Assembly: GCA_951804945.1 (NCBI GenBank)
Contig: OX638149.1
Location: forward strand, 48,546,001 to 48,610,000
Direction of reading: 5' to 3'
DNA: 64,000 bases
Origin: Podarcis cretensis
Lineage: Eukaryota
Program-made: the position numbers and the translations under genes
In this document: positions 38,801 to 51,900 of the stretch, in pieces
How the letters are laid out: each line of letters opens with the position of its first letter
How positions within the stretch are numbered: the first letter of the stretch is position 1
The notes under the pieces: generated by a model
The model's database searches: none
What the model saw: only the letters and a program-made list of their open reading frames with translations
What the model was told of the DNA's origin: nothing

Positions 38801-39921
38801 AAGGGTTCTAACATGACTGAAGTCCCCATCAGAAAAAACAACTTATTTGGGTTGAGCTTTGACTTATCCCAGATCTTGAGAAAGTGTTGCGAATTGGCAC
38901 ACTTTCTGACTCCAGAGACCCACCCCACCCCACCCCTTCAAGCCCCACCTCCCTGCCTCTGCTCATGAAGGAAAGGGGGAAACCTCTGGTAGCCAGAACC
39001 TTTGGTACACACCTGTTCTCTCCAGCTTCATGCTCATTTTGCTGCTACCAGGCATGTTCACAAACCTGCATCTAGCATGTGGCGGCAGAAAATTCACAGC
39101 TACATCAAGTCAAGTTCATTGCTCATTTAATACAGTCATCTGCAAAATGAAACTGCCATGCGTATGTTATTAACTGTTCCCTTTTTTCTCTTCTTTTTTA
39201 TATTTCTGTTTTATATAGCACTCCTCTTGACACAAGGTAAGTTTTTTCCTCTCTTCCTTAACTGGTTTGCTCTTTGCTCTGTTCTTCTCTTTGTTGTGGC
39301 CTTGATTTCAATGCTTCCCTTTTATTTGGAGCTCCTTGACCTTTCATGTATCAAGCTGTGCATTGAGACTATATGAATTTAAGACCATTGGCATATGCCC
39401 CTTTGAAAGCTTCCCAGAAGGGAAGGAGGCCCTCAGGCCAAAAAGGATACTTCAGTCTTGTTTCTGCGCATTTGTGCAGCAAAATTTTCCTTGATAACAA
39501 CCTAATTTGAGAGTTCATGTCCACACACGTGCTGTGAATTTCTTATCTGTTCTAAGGTAGCAAGGATTTGGGTGGGATTGTCAGAACAGGAGAGCCTTGC
39601 CATGTCCTTGCTCTTTCCCAGATCAAATAAACACAGTAATAGCAGAAGAAGAAACTCCCTCACTTTCACTGCACTTATTATTGTTGATGCAGGTCGTTGT
39701 ACAGAAAGGAGCCCCTTTTTCATACTTGCTGTCTTAAGGCCCTGTTCAGGCATTTGATGGTATGCTGGACAATCTGAACAGGAACCGTGATCATAGGATG
39801 AATTCTAAGAGCCTTCTGCTATATGTGTACTTAGAAACCCACTTCAGACTTTCCCTCTCAGTGCCGGGAAGGTCTGAAATGGAGACAGTGCATTTGGGGG
39901 TGATGGGGGCAGGGTGTGTGG

Positions 39922-39987
<66 letters not shown>

Positions 39988-42900
39988 TACCAAATTATTA
40001 GTATTATTTACCCACCCTTCAAGTTAAGGTCCCAGAGTACATTACAACAATTTTAAATAACTTACCATCACAAAATAGGATGGGACACACACACACACAG
40101 GTGTCAAAGGTGCCCTGCTTCCAGATTCACCAAAAACTGTATGGTGAAGTTGCCAGATCACTACAAGCAGTCCCTCAGGCACAGTGCACATCAATCTCCT
40201 GGTGAGGGTGATGGAATTTTTATGGATGATCTCATGATCCCCTGCCCCATCCATCTGCCCTGCAATGCTGCTTCACCAAGTACCCAGACAGACACAGCTG
40301 GGTTAGCATAGGCTCACAAAGCTAATCTGCCCGGTGAGCCCCCTCATCCATGAGAAAATCCTGGGTGATTGATGTTTTCCTGCAGACAGACCTGGCATTG
40401 AGCCCCCACACCGGGGAGGGGGGTCAGCCAGCCGGTATTCCCAAATTCTGAACTGCTGCCAGGGCTCCTGTATGCATTCAGGTGAAGGCCTCAGTAGCGT
40501 GGTGGCACTGCTTCTGTTATCAGGCAAAGAGGGCTGTTCTCTTCAGGTAACTCTGCTGAGACGCGTTAAATGGTTGAAGGGCTAGAAGCTCCCTGCTCCT
40601 ACCTCTGTATCAGGAATCAGGGGACACCCAGGAGCTGCCCCCACTCAGGTTGCCTGTAGCCCTGACTTAAAAGACCATTTCGAGTCTGAACTGTATGCTC
40701 GTTTCTGCCTGGGGCTTCCATTGGAAGTTTCAACAGAAGGGAGAAAGCACAAATTTTTACCATTTGTAAAACACCACTTTAAGACTCTAGTGGGTGTCAA
40801 TAGTGACCTGTCATCATGATGTGAAGGAGGTTTGCATTTACATCCACAGCTTAATGGACAGCATTACCAAGAGGCAGGCAGGATGTAAACAAGCCTCTTG
40901 GAAAGCAGTAATTGCTGCTGTTGCTTTCCACCTCCCACTTCCCCACCTCCTGCTGCCCTCGCTTGCAATCTTTAGCTCTTTCATTCCCCATCTGTGCAGT
41001 TTCTAGTGATCCTCCCCCCTCAGTGACTGACATTCTTGCCACCTTCATTCACATAGGATCAGACAGTAGCTATTGTCAGCCCGGTCTCCAAAGTCTCCCC
41101 TTTGTGTCATCTGCACACTTAATTATGGTTCAGCTTGTGCTCTTAAAAAAAGAGTGCAAAATGATAAGAATCTGTCTCACAGCCCGGAGAATGAGGCTGG
41201 TGTTTTGTATTCAAATGTGCTTGGACCATCACTTTCCCTTTCCCTGAATCTGTCAGAGTCCTTCTGGCTGCAGCTCTCAGAAATGATCTATGTGCTTGGA
41301 GATTGACAAGTGCTTCTCCGGCGTGACAGCTGCAGCTCTGTGGACCAACTCAAAGTGCCCTCTATCAAATTTTCTTAGAAGGCTTTGTTGCGGAGAGGCA
41401 TTTGAAATAAAGCCACGCTCAGGACATCCGAGTTACTGAGATAACGGACATATGCCAAAATCTAATGCTAATAAAGTGCATATATAATATATGAATGAGA
41501 AAGAGAGAGCCTATGGCATATTGTTATGAATTGTTATGGTCTTGGCAAAGCCTGCTGGCTAAAGTCACACAGTAGTGAGATACCCCACCAAGAGTACATT
41601 GAAGCTGGCCTAAGATGCAAATAGCAAAATGGCGTCCTCCTTCCCATTCCATGTGTAGAAATTGACTAGACTGCCATTTTTTTTATTAACGCTGTTTGCA
41701 TACCATCCAAAACTAACTTTCTCTGGGCAGTGAACCAATACAAATTAAAGTGTATAGGTGTATGTAGTGCAGACCTTCTTTTGTCTCGAATAATGGAGGG
41801 CAGCAGTGGGCAGTGGAGGGAATCCCTGGAAATAATTACTTTCTGCAGCAGCTGAATAACTGAGGAAAGGAGTTGAACCCATTCTTAGCAGCAACCCCCT
41901 AGAAGCAGTGGCTGCTGACTGGCTAGCAGGCCAAATGCCTGTATAGGCTGCTGAGGCCCTCTAGGAAGCAGCCACACATTTCTCCAGGGACGACTGCAAT
42001 GCCCTTTCCTCCACCGCTGCCTCCCCATTGTTATAGCGTAGAATGCACTTTGCCACCCTTACTTTCTTCAGAGCAGCTGCCAGAAATTCCTGGCAGCAAA
42101 CCACCAGACTGGTCATCACTGATAACAGGACAAAGGAGACGAGTGTTTACATCGTAGGCAACAATGCCTTTATCATATCGCTCACATCTCTTAAAAGCTG
42201 TTCCCTGCCTCCAGTCTAAAAGTTATATGGCTTCCGTCACACACCACAGAGTTCACCTAGTGTGTTCATCGGTAATGGCACCTTACCTTTGGCTCACGTT
42301 CAGTAGGTCTGCATAACATTCAGGTCTGCATAACAGATGACCCAATCCCTGTTAGCAGAGGAGCTCCTCAAGCAGAAAAAGAAGTGGATGGAAGTTAGGG
42401 GGCTACTGGTGGAAGCACACAGGGGCCAAGCATGTAACGTGCCCCCAAATCTCTGTCAGCTAGGAATGATTCTCACCATTTTTTCCCCACCCCAAAAAGA
42501 ATTTATAAGTATCTGTAAAGCATATATGTACCTCTGGTTGCAAACGGGATCCATTCCAGAGGCCTGTTTGCAACATGAATAGAACGCAACCCGCAACGGC
42601 GTGTCTGCACACGCGCGGGTTGCGATTCGCCACCTCTGCGCATGCATGAGCGGCAAAACCCGGAAGTAAACCTTTCCACTACTTCCGGGTCACCGCAGGA
42701 CACAACCTGAAAAAACGTATCATGAAGCAAACGTAACATGAGGTATGACTGTATAAAGTAGAGTAAGAACGGCACATGAATATGCATACTCTCTTAGTTG
42801 TAAATGTACATTTCAATGCCAACATGCACTCAGGATTCAAGAAGCTGCTGTGATTGGTGGCTTCCTGTTATCTAGAGAGACGAAACTAAAACACCTCCAG

Positions 42901-45900
42901 AGACATTTCTATATTACATTCTTTGTATACACACCTGGATCCCTTGTGTACAAAGAGAGAGAGACACCAACTGGAGAATAACTGGGAAGCAAAGAGGCTC
43001 TTTCCTTCTTATAATTCGATCAGCTCTTCAGTTTCAGGAAGTCTTTCTCAGCTGTTCCCATAGTAATTTTGTTGCTCTAATTCAGTAGTGTGCTAATTTA
43101 ATCAGATCTTCTGGAACCAAATAATATGTATTAAAATAATACGATTTCTGCCCTTTCTTGTGCTCAGATTTGATTGCTTTTGGCAGGTAGCATTGGATAA
43201 TTCACTCACTTGGCACTACTGGAAGTTGCTCTTAAGTTAATAAGGAAAGAGGCTAAATCTCTGACCATGTTAGGAAAGAAAAAAGTTGCCCAGAACACAG
43301 CACCAATTCCTCACCAGCCACATCTGCTCCAGACAGCACCCCCCTCCTTTAGATGAGCTGTTGAGTGAGCAAGGTTTATATAATGACACTTCTCCTCCAC
43401 TTAACTTCTGCAGTCGGGCCCCCTTCCACGGGCTTCGTTGACATCCCTTGGACGCATGGACGATGTACTTACTTCAAACCCTGTAAATCCTGTGGCAGAT
43501 GATATCCAAAGCAACATAAAAAATGCATATGCCACTGCGCACGTAGAGTGCCACTCAGGACAGATCATGACTAATAAGTAAAGAATGGAGGTGACATTTT
43601 CACTTAGTCCATGTCATGTTAGATTTAGAAAATGCAAACATTTCAGGAGTGTTGGAAAAAATTACGTTGAAAATTACATTGAAGTCTCTTTGCCTCTAGC
43701 TTCTGCCTCCCCACCACCACAAAACTTCTATGTTGCGTAGCCTTCTTTAGGCCCATTTCTGCATAGAAAACTCTCCCTGTCTCTCTCTCTCACACACTCA
43801 CTCTCCTCCTCTCCTCCATCTCTCTCTCTCACTCACTTACTCTGTGACAGTGTGACACAATGGCTGTATTATTGTCCCCATGTTCATGAGTCTTCTATGT
43901 ACATTACATGTTTTCTCTGCCCTTCAGAAGTTCGGTTGCTCTTGATAACCTGTTTGTTTGTTTGTTTGTTTGTTTGTTTGTTTGTCTCTCAGAACTAGGC
44001 ATTACATGTTTGTAAGGTTGCCTACCTAAAACTATCCAAATTCAGAACAATTCAAATTAGGGTGTATGAAGATGTGAAGGAATAATGAAAGCATGTGGGC
44101 TTTTTAATCCTATATTCTAACATTGACCTATGCTAGGGATGGAGGACCTCTGCTCTAGAAGTGTTACTTGATTACAGCTCCCATCATTGCTGACCATTGA
44201 CCATGTGGGCAGAAGCTGAGGGAGGTTTGAGGAATCCAACAATATCTGGAAGGCCACTGTTGCCTGTTCCTGACCTGCACCATCAATGAGCATCTATCTG
44301 AATGTTTGACATTCAAAATAGAATCTTCTAGAGGCACAAGCTGTACTAGGAAATATTGCTATGTTCTTAACTGTTGTGGCACCTTAACTGGGCTTTGAAG
44401 TTCCAAAAGATGTTGAGAGCCACAGGGCGAGAGACTTTGTGACTCTTCTAACCCCTTCCCTCTTTGAGAATCTTGGTCATGAGGGATAGCTATGTAACGG
44501 CAAAGATAAGGAAGGAGTCCAGAGTTTCATATCTGGGCATCGCCAAGATTCAGAGATATGGAATTCTAGTAGTCATGTAACTAGGAACTACACTTAAGTT
44601 GTGACTGAAGCTACTCCAACTCAAATTTCTGGCAGTGTGACTCATTGTTCGAATATTCTGACATGTCAGACACATGTTGAGCTTATGGGTCATCAGAGCC
44701 TAGTTCATCCCAGTTTATGCAGTGAAATACTCCTACAACAGATAATTCACACAATCTGTCACTATGTAAAACAATTCACCAATGCATGATTATTTAAACT
44801 AATAGTTGTAGTATTGTTTGTTAATCACCCCATACCATAGTTTTCTGAGCAATGTACAGTAAAGTTTAAAACAAATTTTAAATGATAAATATAAATAGTG
44901 CAATTAAAAAAATGCCACAATAACACACAAATAATGTACCCAAGGGAGGCATGCCTGACACCAATATTGTGTACTTTTTGGCATGTGCTTAAAACCTTAT
45001 TTGCCCAGGCATGTTATAGCATTTTTAGCTGGTTGAAGGTTTGGTTCATCCTAGTTTTATTGCACTGTTGGTTTGGTTTATAATAAATTGATAGTTTTTA
45101 AATGTCTTCTTATATCATCCTACAGTTCATTTTTATATTGAGNNNNNNNNNNNNNNNNNNNNNNNNNNNNNNNNNNNNNNNNNNNNNNNNNNNNNNNNNN
45201 NNNNNNNNNNNNNNNNNNNNNNNNNNNNNNNNNNNNNNNNNNNNNNNNNNNNNNNNNNNNNNNNNNNNNNNNNNNNNNNNNNNNNNNNNNNNNNNAGTCT
45301 CACATCTCTCTCACATCACAAGAAGTGTAATGTCCAGGATGGACGTGATCATTATCCACCTGGACATAAATACTTTGTGATGTTTTCAGTGAAGACTCAC
45401 CTTCCTTTCCTCTAAAGTAAATCTCAGTATCATTTTGGAACCGCTTTCACTCACTCCAGAGTGTCTGTGATTTACACCTCTTGCAATAAGGGTAGGCTTG
45501 CCCCACCGTCCTGGAAATGCACCCTCCATTTCTCCTTGTCCAGAAAGAGGGCATCTTGCCTCCCACCTGCCATTTAGCACTTGCTTAAGTTCAGAACGAA
45601 GGGTGTTAAGGTGGAATTATTTCCTCCCAACCTTTGCCATATCTGGAAAGCAGAGATGGGAGCCGAGGAGGAACTGGCACATTCATTTCCCTGCCTGGCA
45701 TCTCCAGACCTTATCAGCACTAATTGGACTTGACAGCTGGGAGTCTCGGGTGCAAGCCATGTTGAAAGCTGAGTACTGAGGCTGATGCAAACAAATCAGG
45801 GCTGGTTAATAATTAAGCTGCAGTTTGGCAGCTTTCACCTTGACAGACTTGACCTGTCAAATTAAAAACTCTTCAGCTTTTTTTGTTCCCGGACATACCT

Positions 45901-48900
45901 GCTGTTGGGACTCCTGCCACTTTAAGCCTGTGGGTGATTGTGCCTTCATCGCCGATGAGTGTGGAACTCTCTCTCTTCAATGTTCACGGCTGTGCCTTCC
46001 TTTCTATCTTTAAAGAGGACCTGAAAAGCGATTTGTTTTAACTGTGCTGTGGACTTGTCAGCAGTCGATTTCTCCTTTATGGTATCTTCCTTTCTCTTGA
46101 AAATCTTTGTGCATTTGTTATTCTCTGTATGGCTCCTTGAGTGCCAGAAGCTGGGGAGATGGTGCTACATGAAAAGTTGTGACCGTCGTTATCATTGTTG
46201 TGAATGGATCAGGCCAGGAACAGTCAGTTCCGATGCCTCTTTCTTTCTTTTTTTTAAATGGCCCCCAAAAGCATACTTCTCTGGGAGTGAGAAAGTACAG
46301 TCTGAACATACAAGAAAGGAATTGTAGAATTGTAGAGTTGGAAGGGACCCCAAGGGTCATCTAGTCAAATCCCCTGCAACGCAGGAATCACAGCTAGATC
46401 ATACATGACAGATGGCCATCCAACCTCTGTTTAAAAACCTCCAAGGAAGGAGAGTCCACCAGCTCTTGTGGGAGTCTGTTCTACTGTCAAACAACTCTTA
46501 CTGTCAGAAAGTTCTTCCCGATGTTTAGTTGAAATCTCCTTTCTTGTAACTTGAATCCATTGGTTCAGGTCCTAGTCTATGGAGCAGGAGAAAACAAGCC
46601 TGCTCCATTTATTTATTTATTTATTTCTATACTGCTTTATATTTTTAATAAAAATCTCAAAGCGGTTTACAGCATATTAAACTCAATAAATCAATAAAAC
46701 ATTAGCTGGGCGATGTTCCTCCGGCCTCATGAGGAGCCTCTTCAGTAGGGCTGGTGAGTGTGGGCCCAGCCTCCTAGGCCAGGTGGAAAGGGCCATGCAG
46801 AGAGCTGCCTTCACGCCTCACATGTCACAGCCCTTTAGATATTTGAAGATGCCTGTCATCTCTTGGTCTCCTCTCTAAGGCTCAAAGGGTTCCGTGGAGC
46901 CTTGTAAGTCCCCTTATAGCCCTCAGCTGAGCACACAATGTGCTGAAAACATTGCAACATGCCCAGGCATGTGGCCCATGTACACTGTGCCCATAGCAGT
47001 AGCCAGTGACTCCTCTCCAGGAACATGCTTAGGAATAGCAGGAGAGCTCTATGCCACACACCTTTGTCTCTTCAGTTCTAGAGGATGGCTGGGTCTGTTG
47101 CAGGAAGATGCACCCCATGATTTAAGTGAGGAATGAATAGGGCATCCCTAGCAGGGGAATGCATGCCATGGACTGCAGGCCAGTGAATGACTTTGAACGA
47201 CTTTCTCTGAGCAGACAGATGTTTTCAGACCACTTTTCAGTGATGTGGAGAAAAGCATTCAGTCCACCTGGTGGTGCACTTATAGGTAGCTTACCCTAAA
47301 GCCACAGACATCTCACTGAGAAAATTCAAGTGGCCTGCACTAGAGATGGGAATGCCTGGGGGGAAATGGGGGGGAACCCAGATTTCCCCCTTGTTCCCCC
47401 CCCCCCCATTTTTTCAGGTTTTTTCCCAGGCCTTCCCATCTCTAGCCTGCACATAGCAGCTACAAATGGACATATCAGAAATCATTCTGATATATCCACA
47501 AATGAACTTATTACTTACCCATTGGTTGCTGCTAGATTGATCGTCCCTTAAAGGTGGAAGAGGGTGCAAACTTTCATGATAGACTGTTAGGAAAACATTT
47601 TTTTTTAAAAAATAATTTTTATTAACTGGCCAATCACATCAAATTAAATCACACCTAGTGGGGGGCCACTAGGTGGCGCATCGGAAGATGGCTGACAATA
47701 ACATCTCTCCGACCCACACGAGGTAATTTGGAGGCTATGATGGGGGTAATTAGCCTCCTTAACCCCCCCCCCCCGGATTATGGGGGGGACGGCCCTTGCC
47801 TGCTGTGCCCTATACCACCCCCGAACTTGTGGGGGTGGGGGCACTAGGCACAAAGCCCTCCTGTGGGATTTTCGGCACTCCTCGACGCCGTCCCCGATTC
47901 GCGCCGCTGGTTGCAATGATCTTTAAAAGAAATAATTTGGACATGATTAATTGCACATACATCAAGGAAAAAGGGGAGTAAATACTGCTGACAGAAGAGA
48001 TCTCTGATAACAAGACAACAATAAAATACGAGAAGAACGTCAAGATACGGTAATGACTGAGGGGGGAGGGGGGGAAAACCTGCCTCTACCTTTTTATGTG
48101 ATTTAACAAGAATCCCCCTCCCCTAATGAGTCAGAAATTAAGGACTTAAGCTGTGGATTTAAGGCTGTGTGGAGATAAACTTTCGATCCAAAGCAATGTT
48201 TCAAGATGAAGCTGGAAAGCTAAGAGTTTTGGGGTGACGCAGTCAGGAAAAAATGCCGTTCGCCATTTTGTGAGGCATTGTGGGAGCTCTTGGGTCTGGG
48301 AGGAGAAAGAGAAAAATAGAGTTGTTTACATATCGTGAATCAACTCCTCGGTGGGACTTAAGAGCGACAAATGCCAAAATTTACGATGGATAAAGTGATG
48401 TTATCTACGAAGGAGATATATGGAAACCATCTGGACTTAGTGAAGGAACAGGAAATCCACACAGGATTATTACACTTGCTATTGGCTTAAGGAGACTAAC
48501 AGAAGAGATCGTAAAGGAAAAAGAGAAACTATACGAACAAGATATGATGTGGCAACACCAAGATAAGACTGGATAGAATTATGAACTTTGTTTGGACTGA
48601 TTGGGACTGATTTGGACATTAACGCAGTAATAAGAAGATGATCTGAATTCCCCTTTGGATCTTGAAGTATGGGTTCCCCCAACAAAATTTAAAAAGTTAG
48701 GAAAACATTTTTATACCATCAGAAAAACTAATCCAGCAACTGAAATTTTGCAGGGGGACAGCTGAGTCTGAGTCATTTGCCACAATTTGGTGGGACTTCA
48801 TCTGTGGGCCCAAGGCAATTCCAGCAATGTGTTTCCAGCAATTTGCCCAGGACAAATTTATCTGGGGAAAAACGTAGGATATGCCTCTCTGGGTTTTCCC

Positions 48901-51900
48901 AGGAAAACGGCAGGATAAACAAAAAGCCCACTCAGACTTGTGCCTAAAAATCACGGACCTGTGGACGAACCCTTAGTGAGGTCTGGAGTTGAAGTGCACG
49001 GAAGACTTGTTAAGCCTCATAGTCCCCCCCCCCCCATGCCTGTTGCTTCAGTTCTGATAGTATGCAGGTGCTAGCACCATTGCTATTGCCTCTGGAAATT
49101 TTAGTGTTGGAGAAAAGAAAGAAAGATGAATTCAGTTTACGGTGCTGAAAAGCGATGCCCATAATTCTGTATGGCGATGACTCAAGTGGTTGGGGATATT
49201 CCTCAGTTGAACACCTAGGAGGAGCATTAAAGGATTATGGCTCCGACATTCAGAGATGCATCTAGTTTCTGCTTCTCTTCTTTTGTGGAGCTATTTCTGA
49301 CTCATGCAGGGGATTCCCCATTCTGGAGCACTCGGTGGGAGCTCACAAAAGAGCCCTGACACTTCAACGTGCTACTGACTTCAAAAGGTGGATGGATTTG
49401 TCTCTGCTGCTGCTGCTGCTGCTGCAACAGATTAATGTGGTCTCCTGAAACAGGAGTCCTTGTGTGTTCTGTAAATTGTGCTGGCCTTGCAAAGTTAATA
49501 ATATTTGTAGGCCGGAAGGCTTTTTGAGTTGAGGCAAAGTTTTAATGATATATGGAGCATCTGTGCAGAGTTTTTAGCCTCTGAATAATTTCTTACGGAG
49601 AATATGAGGCCTGTGGGAGTCCATGCAGGATTTATAAGTCCTTTCACATCAGGCATCTTGTGCTCACAGAATGACCTGAAGTCTTCATAAATCCAAGGGA
49701 AAGCCTTATAACCCAGGCACCTACAGGGTTTAGACTCCTGGGTTATGTTTCCTTTGCGTGCCAGTGCATAACTGAACGGCCAGGGTGTTCATCAAAGAAA
49801 GGAGAGAAGGACACTAGTTGCCATAGCTACTAACTCTACTGCTTTCCCAAAGCAGCACTGTAGGTTGTTTCATATGTGGCACAGGGCAGGGTACTTTCAA
49901 CTAGATTGTGCTCCTGAGGGAGGTTGACCTGGCCTGTTGCTACTCACCTGCAGGCAGGTAGACCAACAAGACTTATTATTATTTCAGTCTTGTATCTTAA
50001 TTGACAGCTGGAGGTTTTGACTACTACTGGTTTTGTGATCCTTTCTTATTAAGGCTTTTGTTTTAAGATTAATTTTGATAGGGAACTTTCATTCTTTGCA
50101 TTTTTAGGGGACCACTGTTCAGCTGCCTTGAACATTTGCAGTAGAAAGGCAGAGCATCAATTCTAGTAAGGATGATAATAACACCAACAGCAATGACTGG
50201 AAGTGATTTCCACAGGTTCATGACTGCTCTCTAAAAGCGCAGCCTTATAGGTGTTTGCTTGAAAGCATGTTATACACTGAGATTTACTTTTTAGTAAGTG
50301 TGTGAAAGACTGCACCAGGAGGCTGTAATCCTTGGCTTCCCGTGTCGGTCATATCATGCACAAATTCACAAAGTGTCTGACGCCCCAGGCAGACACAAAC
50401 AGATCCATGTGGGAAAGACTGTACAAAACAAAAAAAACAGCATGCTACCAGTATCACATATGAAGCAGACATCTTTAAGGAAGCAGGAAGAACCACCTGC
50501 AGAGTAGGTTGGTCATCTCTCAAAATGCACACAACCTGGAAAGAAGAGTGAACCAATTACAGTTGAGGGTGGACATTATTTAACTGCAGCAGATAGAAAT
50601 CAATGTATAAAACATTGGAGAGCAAACTTCACTTCATGTTTTCAGCAGAAAACCAGTTGCTCCAGTTGAGCTTTAGAGGCAGATTTTTATGGGGAAAGCT
50701 TTGGAGCAAAAAAGGGGGAGCCACCAGACATGGAGCTTTAAAGTGCAGGCCATGTGTGGAAAGAGTGGAGAAAAGGTAAGTGTGAAGAAGTCCTAAGTTC
50801 TGTTGCTTTTATTAATTCAATGAGCAGTGCCCATCAGCACCATGGACAAGGAAAGTTCTCCGTGAGCTGTTTCTAACATCAAAATTGCCAAAGCAGCAAA
50901 AGCAAATCCTGAAAGTTCACCCTGCACAATATAAATTATAAATTATACACCACATTGTAGATTATTTGATATATTTTTTAAAAGATTTGTTTCACTGCTT
51001 TATCTTGCTTACCTCCATCCTTTCTTACTCTTGTTGTTCAATTAACTCTCTATTTATTGTCCCCTGTTGATCAAAACCTCCTACGTGGATTGAGATTGCT
51101 CTATAGAATATTGTCACAAGCAGTTTTGGCAGAAGCATAATAGTTTTGTCAAGAAAATTCTGTTTATTGTTGTTGTTGTTGTTGTTAATAATGCTATATA
51201 TGTACTGCCTGTTAACAAAGAGATCTGTGAATGGTGTACAGGGTGGGGGAAGACTTAGTGCAGGGATGGATAACTTGTGACTCTCCAGATTTTCTTGGAC
51301 TACAACTTCCATTGTCTCCAACCGTTAGCTCTGCTGGCTGAGGATGATGGGAGTTGCAATCCAAAACCTCTAGAGGGCACCAAATTAGCCAAAGATGGTC
51401 TAATGAATTCATTTACCTTGATTTGTTTTCCCTCCCCGTCCTGAAGACAAGATTTTGTTCAGTGAAACGTCCTCCCAGGTCCTTCATTGCGCTATGACAG
51501 GTGTGAGGAGCCTCAGGCCCAGGAGCCAAATACAACCCCTCCAGGCCTCTATAAGCAGCTCTAGACCATGCCTGCCCATGGGCTGCACCCCTTGTCCCCA
51601 AACATGCCTCTCCCTGGCCCTGCTCCACACACCTCCTAAGTGTTTTTGCCTGGCTGATAATGTCTCTGCTTTGTCTGGAGAGGTGTATGTGGTGTTTGTG
51701 TGTAGAAATCTCTGGTTTCTGTGTGGCTGGAATATGACCTACTTAACGACTGCATTCCATTGCTCCAGCCACTTTGCCTCTAACCCCACGCTTCATTCTC
51801 ATTAACTCTCAGAAGTTGGCCACAAGGAAGTGTGGCCCTTGGGCTCAAAAAGGTTCCCCACCCCTGCACAATGTGGCGATGAAAACCATGTAGTTCATTC

